A DNA stretch of 64,000 nucleotides from Lingula anatina. Its lineage: Eukaryota > Animalia > Brachiopoda. The stretch spans positions 7,936,001 to 8,000,000 of the forward strand of contig CM120643.1 in NCBI GenBank assembly GCA_051362555.1, read 5' to 3'. Shown piece after piece: positions 12,241 through 25,300 of the stretch. The notes below the pieces were generated by a model. It searched no databases. It saw only the letters and a program-made list of their open reading frames with translations, and was not told where the DNA came from. Made by a program: the position numbers and the translations under genes. The first letter of the stretch is position 1, and each line of letters begins with the position of its first letter.

Positions 12241-12561
12241 CTGGAAGATAGAAGCAGTGGATCATATTACTTATGCCAGGCAGAAGAAACGACTGAATGT
12301 ATATTTTTATATTCAAAACGTCTACTGATTTAGGTAATAATTAATAGCCTGGAAGATAGCAGCAGTGGATCATATTACTAATGCAAGGCAGAAGAAACGA
12401 GTGAATGTATATTTTTACATTCAAAACGTCTACTGATTTAGGTAATAATTAATAGCCTGGAAGATAGCAGCAGTGGATCATATTACTAATGCAAGGCAGA
12501 AGAAACGAGTGAATGTATATGTCTATATTCAAAACGTCTACTGATTTAGGTAATAATTAAC
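12241..12561. repeat. 108-bp tandem repeat, 3 copies
   Basis: ctggaagatag occurs at 12241, 12349 and 12457. Confidence 0.9.
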
Positions 12562-15500
12562 AACTGACGTCTCCCTTCATGGAGTCGGGTTATCAGTACT
12601 CCCACACCAGTAACATGAGTTATGAGTTGAGCAGAAACAGAAAAAGATTTTTTATAAAGATAATGCAAGTATATGTGTAGGCCCATTTATCTTTTTTTTA
12701 TATTAATAAACGTAAGAATTGTTTGTCCAAGTGAAACTTTACTTACATCAGCCTAGCAACTAAATCTGACGTTTTAACGTCTCCGAAAATAACTAGAATT
12801 TTTTTAATAACGCAATAATGCGGCCACCTTCGAGGTGTCGCCCGGTTTTTAAAAATTGTAAAAAAGAAACGTTTCGGGGCGTCTTTTGTCGCGGGTCATT
12901 ATTTTCAGTTGTTTGATGTTTTTTTGTAATATTTTAGCCATTGATAGAATCTATAATTCAGTTACATCCACGATTAGCTAGACGAAATGGTGACAGGGAA
13001 AAGTCAAATTTTTTAAACGGCAAAAACTGCATTCTCTTAGAAAGCAATTAGCAAACATTCATTTCCAGGCACTGTGAAAAATTCAACCGAAGTTGAAGAC
13101 AAAATGTGTCAAAAATAAACGTGCATGTCGTAATACCTATTTAAAGCAGTATAATTTTTGTTAGTATTAAAAACGTGTAAATATTATCCACATAGGATAT
13201 TTTTAAAGCCTTCGTTATTTAAAATATTTAAACTTCCCATACTTTGAGGCATGCATGAGTCGGAAAATGTTTGCATAATTACATAAAAAACTAGAATTAT
13301 CTCTTTATGTGACCACAGTTTACTCATGTGCCTTACATCTTTCCCTGAAACCCTTTCCCAATATCGATTTCAGATATTTTTGACACATTTTGTCTTCATC
13401 TGAATCACGTGTACGTTATCAAGTGTCATAAGGCGTACATTACGAAAATATTTAGGTCTTGGAACGTGATTTGATGACTTTTTTAAATGCATATATATAC
13501 AATTATAAATTTATAATTAAGTTATTTAATATCAAATTATAAGTTCTGACCGAGTTTTAAGATTTATTTTAGGAGGGGTAAAAAAAACCCAACCCCATCT
13601 AATATATATTGGATACATCCGTAGGCCTTTGTTCTTAGAACTAGGCGTACAAAATGTGTCTTCTAGCTAAAGTTATTATTATGGTGTATGTGTAATTAAA
13701 AAAAAACTACGTAAGAGTGACAATAGGTCATGTGTTTCGAATGCACCCCCACTCTCCGATCAGACATTACTTTTGTATAATTCACAGTCCATCTTCGTTG
13801 TAGTTTGTGACTTAACGTCATTTCTTAGTGAAGCGGTGTTGTCCTCAATTTACCTTAAATGTCCAAATTACTAAGAAGAAACCACTTGCAAGAATTATGA
13901 GGCTTTTTATACTGCTAGGTCTATAGACGTGATACACACGATATTTTGCAACCCCACAAAATCTGTTTCTTAAAATTTTGGTTCCACCACAAAGCTTAGC
14001 ACTATCATTCTTTTTTGCTTTATTGATATATTTTCAGTACATAAATAACCATTGTCTGTTGCCCAATTTTGCACAAAATTAAGATAATCCCCAAAACCTC
14101 ATTAATTGTGTTTCCTCCATCCCAAAAAATATTAAAAATTTCTCCTCATAATCTAGTAGTGCACTGGCATCTACACAGTACATAAATGTATCATTATAAT
14201 AACATCTTGTTCTTACTGATAACATAATTAGCTTAATTCCATAACAATTCTAAAATGTTAATAACAATGAAAATTCAAAGCAGATGGCAAGATTCTTATT
14301 GTGCTGATAAAGATAAAATATGTAAATTCAATACTGATTAGGTACTGTATACTGGCTCATTGAAAAAAGGGAACCGTTTCACAAAAAAATTAAGCTTAGA
14401 CTGCTAAATCTGGATAGCCAACTATACAAAGTCAACTTTGCGATATTGTCTTACAACTACAATTTTTTAAGAATGATTGGTCCACAGTTGATGAGTAGAA
14501 TACACATAAATGGGCTACTGACACCACTGCAAGTAAAAGACTTGCCAAGACAATCAAAATGTAAATCAAAGGAAAGTGAAAAGAAAGTAAAAAGACTGGA
14601 AAAAATGAGGCAAAATTGATAACTTGGTTAATGAGGGAACAATACTCTAGTTTTGATTAAATCAGAACTTTTCTTGCACCTATTTTTATTTTTGCCATTT
14701 TGTAAGTGAAAAAAGGGGAATAGGGGATTGGTGTAGTGAAAGCCCAACCTTAACCTTTGGATGCTATTCTCATTAAACATATGCATAAAAGACAAAATTT
14801 AGACCACAAATAGATTCATGCAATCTACCAACCTTTTTTACAGTGAGTCATTGCAACTTATCAGTTATTTCTGGCCTAGGCTATCTGTAAGATTCTTACA
14901 ACTGTGAAGTGCAACTTAGCCAGCTAAGTCTTTATAGGCTCAGATTTTAGACTACAAACCAACTTCAAACATTTAGTAAAGCAAGTGCAAGGAATAGTTA
15001 GTTTGAAGGCTCTGCCTCCCCACAGAGTGAGAACAAACACAGTCACACTGTATGATACATTACAGAAAACATTGGTTAAAAATATACTCTGGAATTTTAC
15101 ATTTTCACTAGTATAGAATCAATTTGATTTCTAAAACTGACTTATTATAAAAATACTCCTGTCAATTTAAAACTTTTTCATAAAGCATATCTGAAATACA
15201 CTGATAAAATATTATTAAAAATATTAAAATTTGATATTCACAGATAAAATAGGCTCAAGTCAAAATGATTAAGACAATTATTGAAGCATTATTCAAACCC
15301 CAATTTTGATTATTTTCATACAATTAGTGATTCACAAGTTTTTTAACAGAGTTGTACCTAATCTGACTACATGATATCTATCAAAATCTCTCTAAAATCA
15401 AGTGACAAAAATGCCCACAGTTTCAAGCACCATAAAATATGGCTTAAGTAAGTAATATCCTCAATTGTTTCATAATAAACGTCATGTCATTTGAATGTAC

Positions 15501-15759
15501 CATTCTCCAGAAAAAAAGATGAAGTTGCAAGGTTTGATAAGTCTGCGTTTACAGGTAGATGTCATAGTTTAATATACATGAGGCAGCTTTATATCGTGGT
15601 CAACAATATTATATTATATCAGTTTCTCTAGCCTCCATGTCTTATTCGTCATAATATTTTGATTTTCAAATTCAGGGTCCCCTAGTAAAAGATCTTGCAT
15701 TTCCTCTTGATCACAGAAGAATCTGAGTTGAGAATACAGTTGAGAATACAGAGTTAAAA

Positions 15760-15865
15760 TTAGGCCTCTCCTCTCCACTCAGGGTCCTCTTGCAACTGAA
15801 CCTGGCTGACATCCATGGTTACATCTTGAAAAATAATATATTCCCAAAAAAGTTTAAATGGTGCA

Positions 15866-15912
<47 letters not shown>

Positions 15913-17801
15913 TAAAATCAATAAATCTTGGACACATTACTTGTTGTACGTCTGAATAACACGACAGACAAGAAGAAAATAGTTGCTCTTGAAAATGGAC
16001 TTTAAGTAATGAAAATGCAAGATGACAGCTAGTAGATAGTACATGTGCATGTAATTTATTTGAAATTCTGACTTTTCAGTCCTAATGATTTAGATTATTT
16101 ATAGCCAATAATCTGAGAAAATAAAATATTCAACAGAGAAATTGATTGCAATAAATCCTGCTCGTACCTGACTGCTTAATATTCACTGCAACAAACCTCT
16201 CTACGACATCGTCCAGCTGATCAGTAGGGTCATCGTAATCACATCCTGTGTACGCTTTTTTCTCGAGGCAGTACTTAAGGAAACTACACCAAAGAGAAGT
16301 TGAAAATAAAGAAAGAATTGCCTACTTTCTTTTGTCTTTCTGTATGGACTTTCATTCACAATAAAAGAAAGAATTGCCTAGTAGACACCATTTTGTCTGT
16401 CAGTTTGGAGTTTAATTTACATGTTTTTTAACTTTCCTTTTTTTTCTATTTTTTTTTATTTAACAGTCTGTCTGAACTAAAATATGATAGCTTTCTCTTT
16501 TTAATCTTTCTATCCTCTTTGTTTTTTTTTTTGTCAGTCTGTCTGAACAAACATTAAAAATTTAATTTATGAACTTTATTAAATCCTTAACATTTCTTTT
16601 TTTGTTGGTTTGTCTGTCTGTCTGAACAAGAGTTCTTAGAAACAATGGGATTAAATAAAGATTAAATAAAGGAAAAAAATTTTGAACCTAACATGGCTGA
16701 TTTGTGTTTGGTTTGAAAAAGTCTTATAATTTGATTGAACTTTTTTTGCTTACTGATCAAATAAATTAAAATAATTCACTTCACCTGTTCCAATGTTCAT
16801 CTTGCGAAAGAAGAAACGGATTCCCTACAACAATCAATAGGGCCTTTGCTCTTGTGATCGACACATTAAACCTCTGAAAAAAAAAATTAATCCCACATGT
16901 AACTGTATGTGCGGGTGAACACTGAAGACAGTATAGTCTGAGACTAACTGTTCGTATCTCTTCTGTGAATTCCGCATCACATGGCATAGTCTCCGCAGTG
17001 CCATAGTGGAAAGAAATGGTGATGAAAATAGTATGGACTCTAGCTGCTTAAATAACCTTACATTTCAAAATATGTGTGTGCACATCCACATGTACAAAGT
17101 CTTATGAATTATGTGTTCACGCATATACACATGCCACAGCACAATCATGGTAATGACACTATCTTTTCAATGGGCAAAAATTATCAAACTTTCAAATGTA
17201 TACCTTTATAAACACATCAAGTATATAGTATTAGTGGTACTCTTACTGCACAGATTAGAACTATAGAGTAGCTTACTTTTTTATTCTGTTGTGACCATCC
17301 AATAGGAATTGGGTAGGAGTATTAAAATTTTAAAAATTAATGGCCTAAAAAATACCGCATCTGTAAAATTCACGATTTCCCCCCCACTGAAAAAAATCAA
17401 GTTATTACCATATGCTGAGGTGGCACTAGCAATTTTTTCTAAAGCCAAATTACTACTTTTTCATCACTTTTTTCTCCAAAATGGTTTAAATTTGACTAAA
17501 ATAAGTCAAATCAACCCTATTTTGTTTAGCCAATTGAAGTCAGTTTTAGCATTTGGCTTAATTGGGCAGTGTTAACTCTACCCCAGTTTGTGTGTCCACA
17601 TGCATAAGTGTACAAATGACTGACCTTTGGGTTCTTTAAAAAGCCCAGCTTGAACTCTGCGTCCAGAGCCAGGTAATCGGGGTTACTCCTCACGGTGGAG
17701 ACCATGATGACCCGTCTCTCCTGACCCTGAAATTCCTCCACACTGCCCACCTTTATGTCCCGAAAGTTTTTCTTGAACAGCAGTTGCCTCAGTTTTTGAA
17801 C
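15760..17801 (-). CDS. MOV10: MOV10-like SF1 RNA helicase, last four coding exons only (17625-17801, 16785-16873, 16168-16283, 15760-15824)
   Basis: Spliced in phase: VQKLRQ...KVGSVEEFQGQERRVIMVSTVRS...LGFLKNPK / RFNVSITRAKALLIVVGNPFLLSQDEHWN / SFLKYCLEKKAYTGCD... / DVTMDVSQVQLQEDPEWRGEA*. This contains helicase motifs V-VI and the MOV10-type PEWR C-terminus, with GT-AG junctions. Confidence 0.9.
15868..15912. repeat. (AAT)n microsatellite
   Basis: Direct reading. Confidence 0.95.
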
Positions 17802-17837
17802 CTGTGGAGAGAATAAAAAGGGATGTCTGTGCATTTA

Positions 17838-17940
17838 CAGGCCCGTAACCAGCAATTTCAAAAGGGGGGTTATTTTTCTGAAAAAGTGGACCTTTTTCCA
17901 TAAAAACTTTGAGAAAAAATTAAAAAGGAAAACATAACAA
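17838..17940. mobile_element. One end of a CAGGCCCGTA-type MITE (partner end not found)
   Basis: caggcccgtaaccagcaatttcaaaaggggggt; no matching tacgggcctg was seen downstream. Confidence 0.4.
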
Positions 17941-18170
17941 AACTAGAAAAGCACTCTGAGAGCACAGAGCTCTGCCAAGGCAGCAATTTTTGATAATTAT
18001 TGATTTTTGATAGATTATTGATCCAAACCACCACCAAAAACTAATCATTGTCTTTTTGACCCACTTCTGACAGTTCCTGAAACTTTCATCAAAATCGGTC
18101 CATAACTTTTTGAGTTACGTTGATGACAGACAAACAGGGGTGAAAACGTAACCTCCTTGGCAGAGGTAAA
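17941..18170 (-). mobile_element. Short non-autonomous Helentron (HINE/DINE-like)
   Basis: aactag end with a small stem-loop, sub-terminal inverted repeats ctctgccaagg / ccttggcagagg, a short (gaca)n core, and A-rich flanks. Confidence 0.7.
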
Positions 18171-18215
18171 TATAATTCCAATGAAGCTGCTATTCAAACT
18201 TTTAATCTTTGAGTT

Positions 18216-18217
<2 letters not shown>

Positions 18218-18276
<59 letters not shown>
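18218..18276. repeat. (TA)n microsatellite
   Basis: Direct reading. Confidence 0.95.
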
Positions 18277-18280
<4 letters not shown>

Positions 18281-20217
18281 TATTTGCAATATAAAACAAA
18301 ATTTTCCTGCATAATTATCACTGCTTCCTTATTATTAATCCAGCAGAGAGCTTAACCTTTGGGAGTTTACAGGGAAATATCAACAAGTGTGCTTTATGTA
18401 ATCTCATTTAATGGCCTATTAATTAGGCAAATGACTTTATAACTTTATAACTGAGACCCAAGGGAAATTTACAGACTGACCCTCTCAAAGGTCTTCAGGC
18501 CCATAAGTCACACCCTTAAAAAATGCACAAAACAATAATGCACAAAATAGGAGACTATCAATTCTGATACAATAATACATTATGTTTAACTGCACAGTCA
18601 ACATCAAATGTTTTAAAATTATGCACAACAGGTAACACCGACGAAAGTAAAAGCATAAGGCTTCAGGCCCATCAGAGTTCAAGTTTATACTTAGAAAGTG
18701 CCAAAATGAGAAAAATGAAAATTTCACAAAAAATGCATAAATTTAATAAAAGTGATAATCTAATAGAGCTGGCTTTCTAATATGAGCTGTATGTCAATCC
18801 TAAGAATCATTCTTGTAAGACTAGTTGAAAAAATAGAAAGTAACAGTTTTCTTTCTATAACGTTAATGGTGGCAGTGTACAAAAGAGGTTTTTTGTCAAT
18901 TTTGATGCAACATTACATAATGATTAACTGTATAAATACCACCAATTTTTAAATATCTACTATTAAAAACATGGACATTAAAAAAATGTGATTACCACTG
19001 GGCTTCATGCCCAAGGGAGCTCTAAGTCCCACATTGAAAATTCCAGTATGTGAAAGATAAAAATTTTCACAAAAAACCTCTATAACTTCCAGAAAATTAA
19101 CTAATGAGACAGATTTTCCAACTGAAGCTGTATTTCAGTCCTATGTTTCTTTCCTTTAAGTGTAAAAAGAGCAAGTGACATGGTTTTCCTTTCACGGTCA
19201 CTAAGGAGGCAGTGCCTAAAATAGGTTTTTGTTCAATTTTGATGCAATATTACATAATGCTTAACAGCATAATAACCATCAGTTTTTTAATGATAAAATA
19301 AAACTATCATGGATATTCACAAAATGAGTCTAGCCCATAGAGTTCAGAAACACTTTGAAAATCCCAAAATCTAAACAAGAGAAACTGTATTAAAAAGAGT
19401 TTATTTCCATTTTCAATACCTTTTTTACATGAAAAAAAATAATCGATTTACTGTCATTTTTATATGATCAATTAAAATATGTTGTCAAAGGAAAAATATC
19501 AATAGAACAAATTTAAATGTCCAACTTGCTCCATTCTGAGATTCTTAACTTAGTGAATGATTGAATCTGACGAACTTCAATGATTTGAGTTCCCTTCCAT
19601 TTTTGATACTTTATTACACAATGCACAATAAAAGGTGTACTGTCATTTTTATATAATCAACTAACAATATTTTTAAGAAGCAGAAAATGTCAAAACAACA
19701 CTTTTACATATCTAATTTGTTCCATATTGAGACTGTTAACATGCCTAAGAATTAAATCTGAAGAAAAGCCACTTATATGCAAAAAGGCTAATAACTTCAT
19801 CAAAACTTAACTGATCAAGCTTATTTTCAAACTTGATCTGTATATTAGTCAGACTGATCACTCCTGTAAGTTTCAAGACAAAAGGCTGATTGGTTTTCCT
19901 TAAAATGTGTTATCAGTGTTGCATATATGCTGAATAATGGAAAAAAACAGCATAACTTTAAATTTGTAAAAATAGTCCAATCAAGCCAATTTTCGAACTT
20001 GACCTGCGTATTATGAATATTCATCAGTTCTGTAAGTTTCAAGCCAAAAGGTAAAATGGTTTTCCACTTATCGTGTTATCAGTGCTGCATATATGCTGAG
20101 AAAATGCAGAAAATGGTTCATTTTGTTAATTTTGATGCAATAATAAATCATGCCTACAATAGCACTGTCAATCAACACTGAATTTTAATCATGCACAACA
20201 GGTGACATCGTCAATAA

Positions 20218-20374
20218 CAGGAGCGGATCCAGAGATATTTTCTGACAGTATTCCAAATTATCTTTGTTTATCCATCCTACATTTTTGATGGTCTTCCAAC
20301 AGAAAAAAACAGATACCCATCAATATGAACTTTAAAATATGAAAGACCCAGAAGACGGCCTCAATCCACCCCTG
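20218..20374 (-). mobile_element. MITE, CAGGGGCGGAT family (inverted copy)
   Basis: caggagcggatcc...tccacccctg with flanking duplication caataa; homologous to the copies at 44884, 47748, 49296 and 50625. Confidence 0.75.
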
Positions 20375-22347
20375 CAATAAGATTACAGTTTCAGGACCAA
20401 ATTCACATAATGAAAATCCCAATATTTGAATAATGATGACAATGCATAAATAATATTACATAATGTTTAAAGACATAAATGCAACTGTTTATTTGGAAAT
20501 ACAGAGAATGTGAAGAGCTTCAGGTGGATGGGAGCTGAAAATGCCAGTGTTTGAAAAATAAATTAAAAAGAAAACACAACAAAAATATCCCATTAAAGCT
20601 GCTATTCAAACTTTTAATCTTGCTGTAATAACATGATATGAATAACCCCAATGTGTTTGAGGATAATAAGGCACTGTTATTCAAATATTTTTTTTTCTTT
20701 TGTTAACTTATTTGCAATATTAAACAACATTTACCTGCAGAATTATCACAGATTCCTAATTATGTGACACAGTTAAGAGAGCTTAACCTATGGGACTTTA
20801 CTGGGAAATCTCAACGTGTTTTATGTAATCTTATTTAATGGGCACTTGGAAATTAATTAGGCAAATGATTTTATAGCTCTGAATTTAGCTTGTGATACCC
20901 CAAGGGACAATTACCACCATCCATAAACAGTAGCCCCATATAGCACTCTATAGAGCTGCATTGCTTCCAGAACAGAAAACAATCACTCTGATTTTCCAAC
21001 ACAAACTGCACGTCAGTCTTACAAAACTTTTCAGTAAGTTTGAGTATCATAAGCAACATGGTTTTTCCTTAATGGTCATTCCGGCAGCCATTTCCAAAAT
21101 AGGGTTTTCTTCAACTTTTATGCAATATAACATAATGACCATCAATTTTTAATAATAAAATAAAAGTATCATGGATATACAGAAAATGTGACATGGAAAG
21201 GTCTTCAAGGCCATGGAAGTTCAGAGTCACACTTTCAAAATGCCAAAATGTATACAAGAGATAACTGTATTAAATTGATTTTCTTCCATTTTCAACACCT
21301 TTTTTTCATATAACAAAGTAATCAATTTACTGTCATTTTTAAATGAACAACTGAGAAAATTGTTGACATAGGAAAAATATCAATAGAACAATTTTAAATG
21401 TCCAGTTTGCTCCATTCTGAGATTCTGAACATGGTGAATGATTGAATCTGACAAACTGTAAAGATATGAGTTTATTATTATTTCCATTTTTTGACACTTT
21501 ATTACACAATTACAGGTTTACCATCTTTTTTATATAATCAACTAACAATATTGTTAAGATGCAGAAAATGTCAAAAGAACACCTTTACATATCTAATTAG
21601 TTCACATATGAGATTGTTAACATGCCTAAGAATTAAATCAAAGGAAAAAACACTTATATACAAAAAAGGCATAACTTCACCAGAACTGAACCAATGGAGC
21701 TTATTTTCGAACTCCATCTGTATTTCAGTAAGACTGATCACCCCTGTAAATTTCAAGACAATTGGCCAATTGATTTTCCTTGAAATGCGTTATCGGTATT
21801 GAATACATGCTAAAAAAAGTGAAAAAACAGCATAACTTCCATAAAATGGGTCCAATCACGCTGATTTTCAAACTTGACCTGTGTATTATGAATAGTCATC
21901 AGTTCTGTAAGTTTCAAGCCAAAAGGTAAAACGTTTTTTCACTTATCGTGTTATCAGTGTTGCATATATGCTTTAAAAAATGAAAAAATAGCATAACTTC
22001 CATAAAAATGGCCCAATCATGCTGATTTTCAAACTTGACCTGCGTATTATGTATATTCATTAGTTCCATAAGTTTCAAGCCAAAAGGTAAAACGGTTTTT
22101 CACTTATCGTGTTATCGGTGTTGCATATATGCTGAAAAAAGTGAAAAAACAGCATAACTTCCATATAGATGGCCATATCATGCTGATTTTCGAACTTGAC
22201 CTGCATATTATGAAAGCTCATCAGTTCTGTAAGTTTCAAGCCAAAAGGTAAAACGGTTTTTCACTTATCATGTTATCGGTGGTCAAAGTGCACGGCGACG
22301 ACGACAGACGCAGGTGATGGCTATATGTACAGACACATCTGTGTCTG

Positions 22348-25300
22348 TACATAAAAAGCAGTTTACAGATACTAAAAATGTTCTTTACATAACCACACTT
22401 ATCAAAACTATATAAAATGTGGAAAAACTCACGGTGTGCTTGGCCAATCTTTAGAAAAAACTCTGTACAGTTCACGAGCGGCTGCTGATGAGCGAGCATG
22501 GAGCCTCGACATGAAAAACAAGGTCAAATACGGAGGCCCGTAACAACACACTCCTCGCCTGATATCTGATTGATATCACTATTTAACTAATACAATAAAA
22601 GTCTACTACCAAATAGAATGCACAACATATACTGAGTTTAGAACTTAACTTAGCCACTAAATTTGTAGTGTTTTGCTATTAAATCCCTCCTACAACATGT
22701 TCGCAACTTTACCAACTGTCCATCAAAAGAATAAGTTCACATATTGGTCTGACATATTTCACAGATTTTCCATCTTTCACTGTTCTGACCTCCACAGTTC
22801 TGACTTTACTGTCACATCCACTGGGAAAAACATTTTCTACTACTCCCATTGGCCAACTGCCTCGATGTAACTCACAGTCTCTGAGCAGCACAATGTCACA
22901 GATTTTCAAGTCTTTCTGCGAAGCTGTCCATTTCCCTCGCTTTTGTAATGACTGGAGATAACCATCTCTCCATCGCTTCCAGAATGTATTAGAAAGGATC
23001 TGCACATACTTCCATTGTGACTGGTATATTTCTCTCATATCTGTTGATGTGGTTGGGGTAGGTAATGGCTCCTTCTTCTGTGTAAGCAACATTGCTGGCG
23101 TGATGATTTCTGGGTCCTCTGGATCATAGGAAATGGGAGCCACAGGTCGAGAATTAATGACAGCACTAACTTCACACATAAAGGTAACTAGAACTTCATG
23201 AGTAAGCTTTTGGGTATGGCTGGTTAAAAACATAGCATCGAGTATTCTTCTGGCGAGACCGATAAGACATTCCCAGGCTCCACCCATGTGCGATGCATGC
23301 GGGGGATTGAACTTCCACACAATTCCCATGTCATGGAGGCGTTCTTGCCCTGGATCATTTTCAACAAAGATACCTGTGGCTTTAATCTGATCCAGGGCAC
23401 CTATGAAATTTGTGCCACGATCCGATCTGATCATTTTCACTGGTCCACGGATGGCTACGAAACGTCTAAGAGCATTGATGAAGGACGAAGAACTCATTTC
23501 TTCTATAACTTCTATGTGCACTGCCCTGGTAACTAAACAGCCAAAAATCAGGGCCCACCTTTTACTTTCAGCCTGACCACCTCTTGTTCTACGCGTGACC
23601 ACAGGCCATGGACCGAAGACATCAATTCCAACCGACGTGAAAGGAGGTCCTGGGGTTACTCTATCCTCAGGTAGATCAGCCATGCGTTGGTTCAAGAACT
23701 TGCCTCGCAACTTACGACATATTACGCACTTGTACAAGATTGAAGAAACTAGTCTTTTTGCTCCAATTATCCAAAATCCCTTGGAGCGAAGTGCAGACTC
23801 TGTCACATGTCTTCCTTGGTGAGGAGAAACTGAATGGTAGTGATTCACAAGTAAGTTTGCTATGTGAGATTTCTTCGGGATAATAATAGGATGCTTTTGA
23901 CCTTTCTCCAAAGGAGCATTGCTGAGGCGTCCTCCAACACGCAGAATGTGTTGGTCATCTAGTACTGGTGATAGTGTTGTCAATTTGCTGTCTGCAGGTA
24001 CACTGGCTTTCTTTTCCACCATGCTAATTTCTTCTCTGAAGGCATCTTCCTGTGCTTTCTTTATTAGGAATATCTCCGTAGCTTCGGTATCACTAGGGTC
24101 TTTAGGAGACATTTGCTTCTTTTCCTTCCAGGCTCTGCAAAACCTCTTCAAGAGAGAAATTGCCCTGACAAGAGATTTCCATGTTGAAAACTTTTCAAAC
24201 CTAGCAGCAATGCTTCTTAACAATACTGTAGCCTTCACATTGATTGTTGGACGTATTTCACAATCTGCATCTTCGTCAACTAGGTCAAAGCTACAGTTTT
24301 CACCAACTGTTGCTGTGACAACATCTTTCAAGAAATCTGGCCCTGTAATCCACTTACTACTTGAAAAATCCTGAACTGGGGTATTGCATCTTGTGCCGCA
24401 ATTGGCTGGGTTTTTCTCTGAGGGGATTTACTGCCACTGAGACGCCTTGGACCGTTTCAATATTGTAGCTACACGGTTGCTGACATATGTGTAGAACCGT
24501 CTGGTGTGATTATAGAGATAACCGAGTACGACTCTACTATCTGTGCAATACTTAAATGTTTCCATCGGAAGGTCAAGGTGTTCAGAGATTGTATCTGCAA
24601 GCTCTGTTGCTAAGACAGCTGCACAAAGTTCTAAACGTGGTATGGTCACACCACCTGGTGGTGATAGTTTGGACTTTCCCATGATAAAACCTACTTCTAT
24701 GGAGGTATCACGACGAGCTTTCAAGTAGGCAACTGCTGATATGGCACGTTCGGAGGCATCTGAGAATATCCATACCTCCAGGGAATCTGCTAAACTGAAA
24801 TCCACTGCAGTAATCATCCTTGGAACACGGAATTCTCTCAAGGAGAAAAGTGAACTTTTCCAAGATTCCCACTGGTGACAAAGGTGTTCTGGCAAAGGGT
24901 CATCCTTCGACATGCATCTCTCTTGCTAGCATTTTCCCGGTAACTGTCACTGGAGATAGGAAGCCAAGAGGATAAAAAAAAACTGTTGACGGTTGATAGA
25001 ATCCCACGTTTGGTAAATGGTCTTTCAGGAATGAAAAGGCTGAAACCAAAACAATCCTTATCCATATTCCATGAAATTCCAAGAGATGCTTGAGTAGGAA
25101 GCTCTTCTGTAAATAGGTCAAGATTCATGAGTGTTTTCTCTCGGTCTTCTGTTGGGAAGGCATTCACCACGTCTGGAGAATTGGAAGCGATTTTATGTAA
25201 CCGGATTCTTCCATTTTCCCACAAAACCTTCTGGGTTCTTTTCACTAGGTCTGTGAGGCTTTCCGAGTCTGATCCTGTGATGAGGGCATCATCTACATAA

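Larger units (their letters stand above)
18180..22353 (-). mobile_element. Large non-autonomous Helentron-type element with internal satellite-like repeats; left end missing
   Basis: 161-bp tandem units (cataacttcc at 21831, 21992, 22153), an older higher-order duplication (~18180-20100 vs ~20590-21980), a (gac)n microsatellite, and a terminal 14-bp-arm palindrome at 22324-22353 followed by an A run. Confidence 0.6.
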
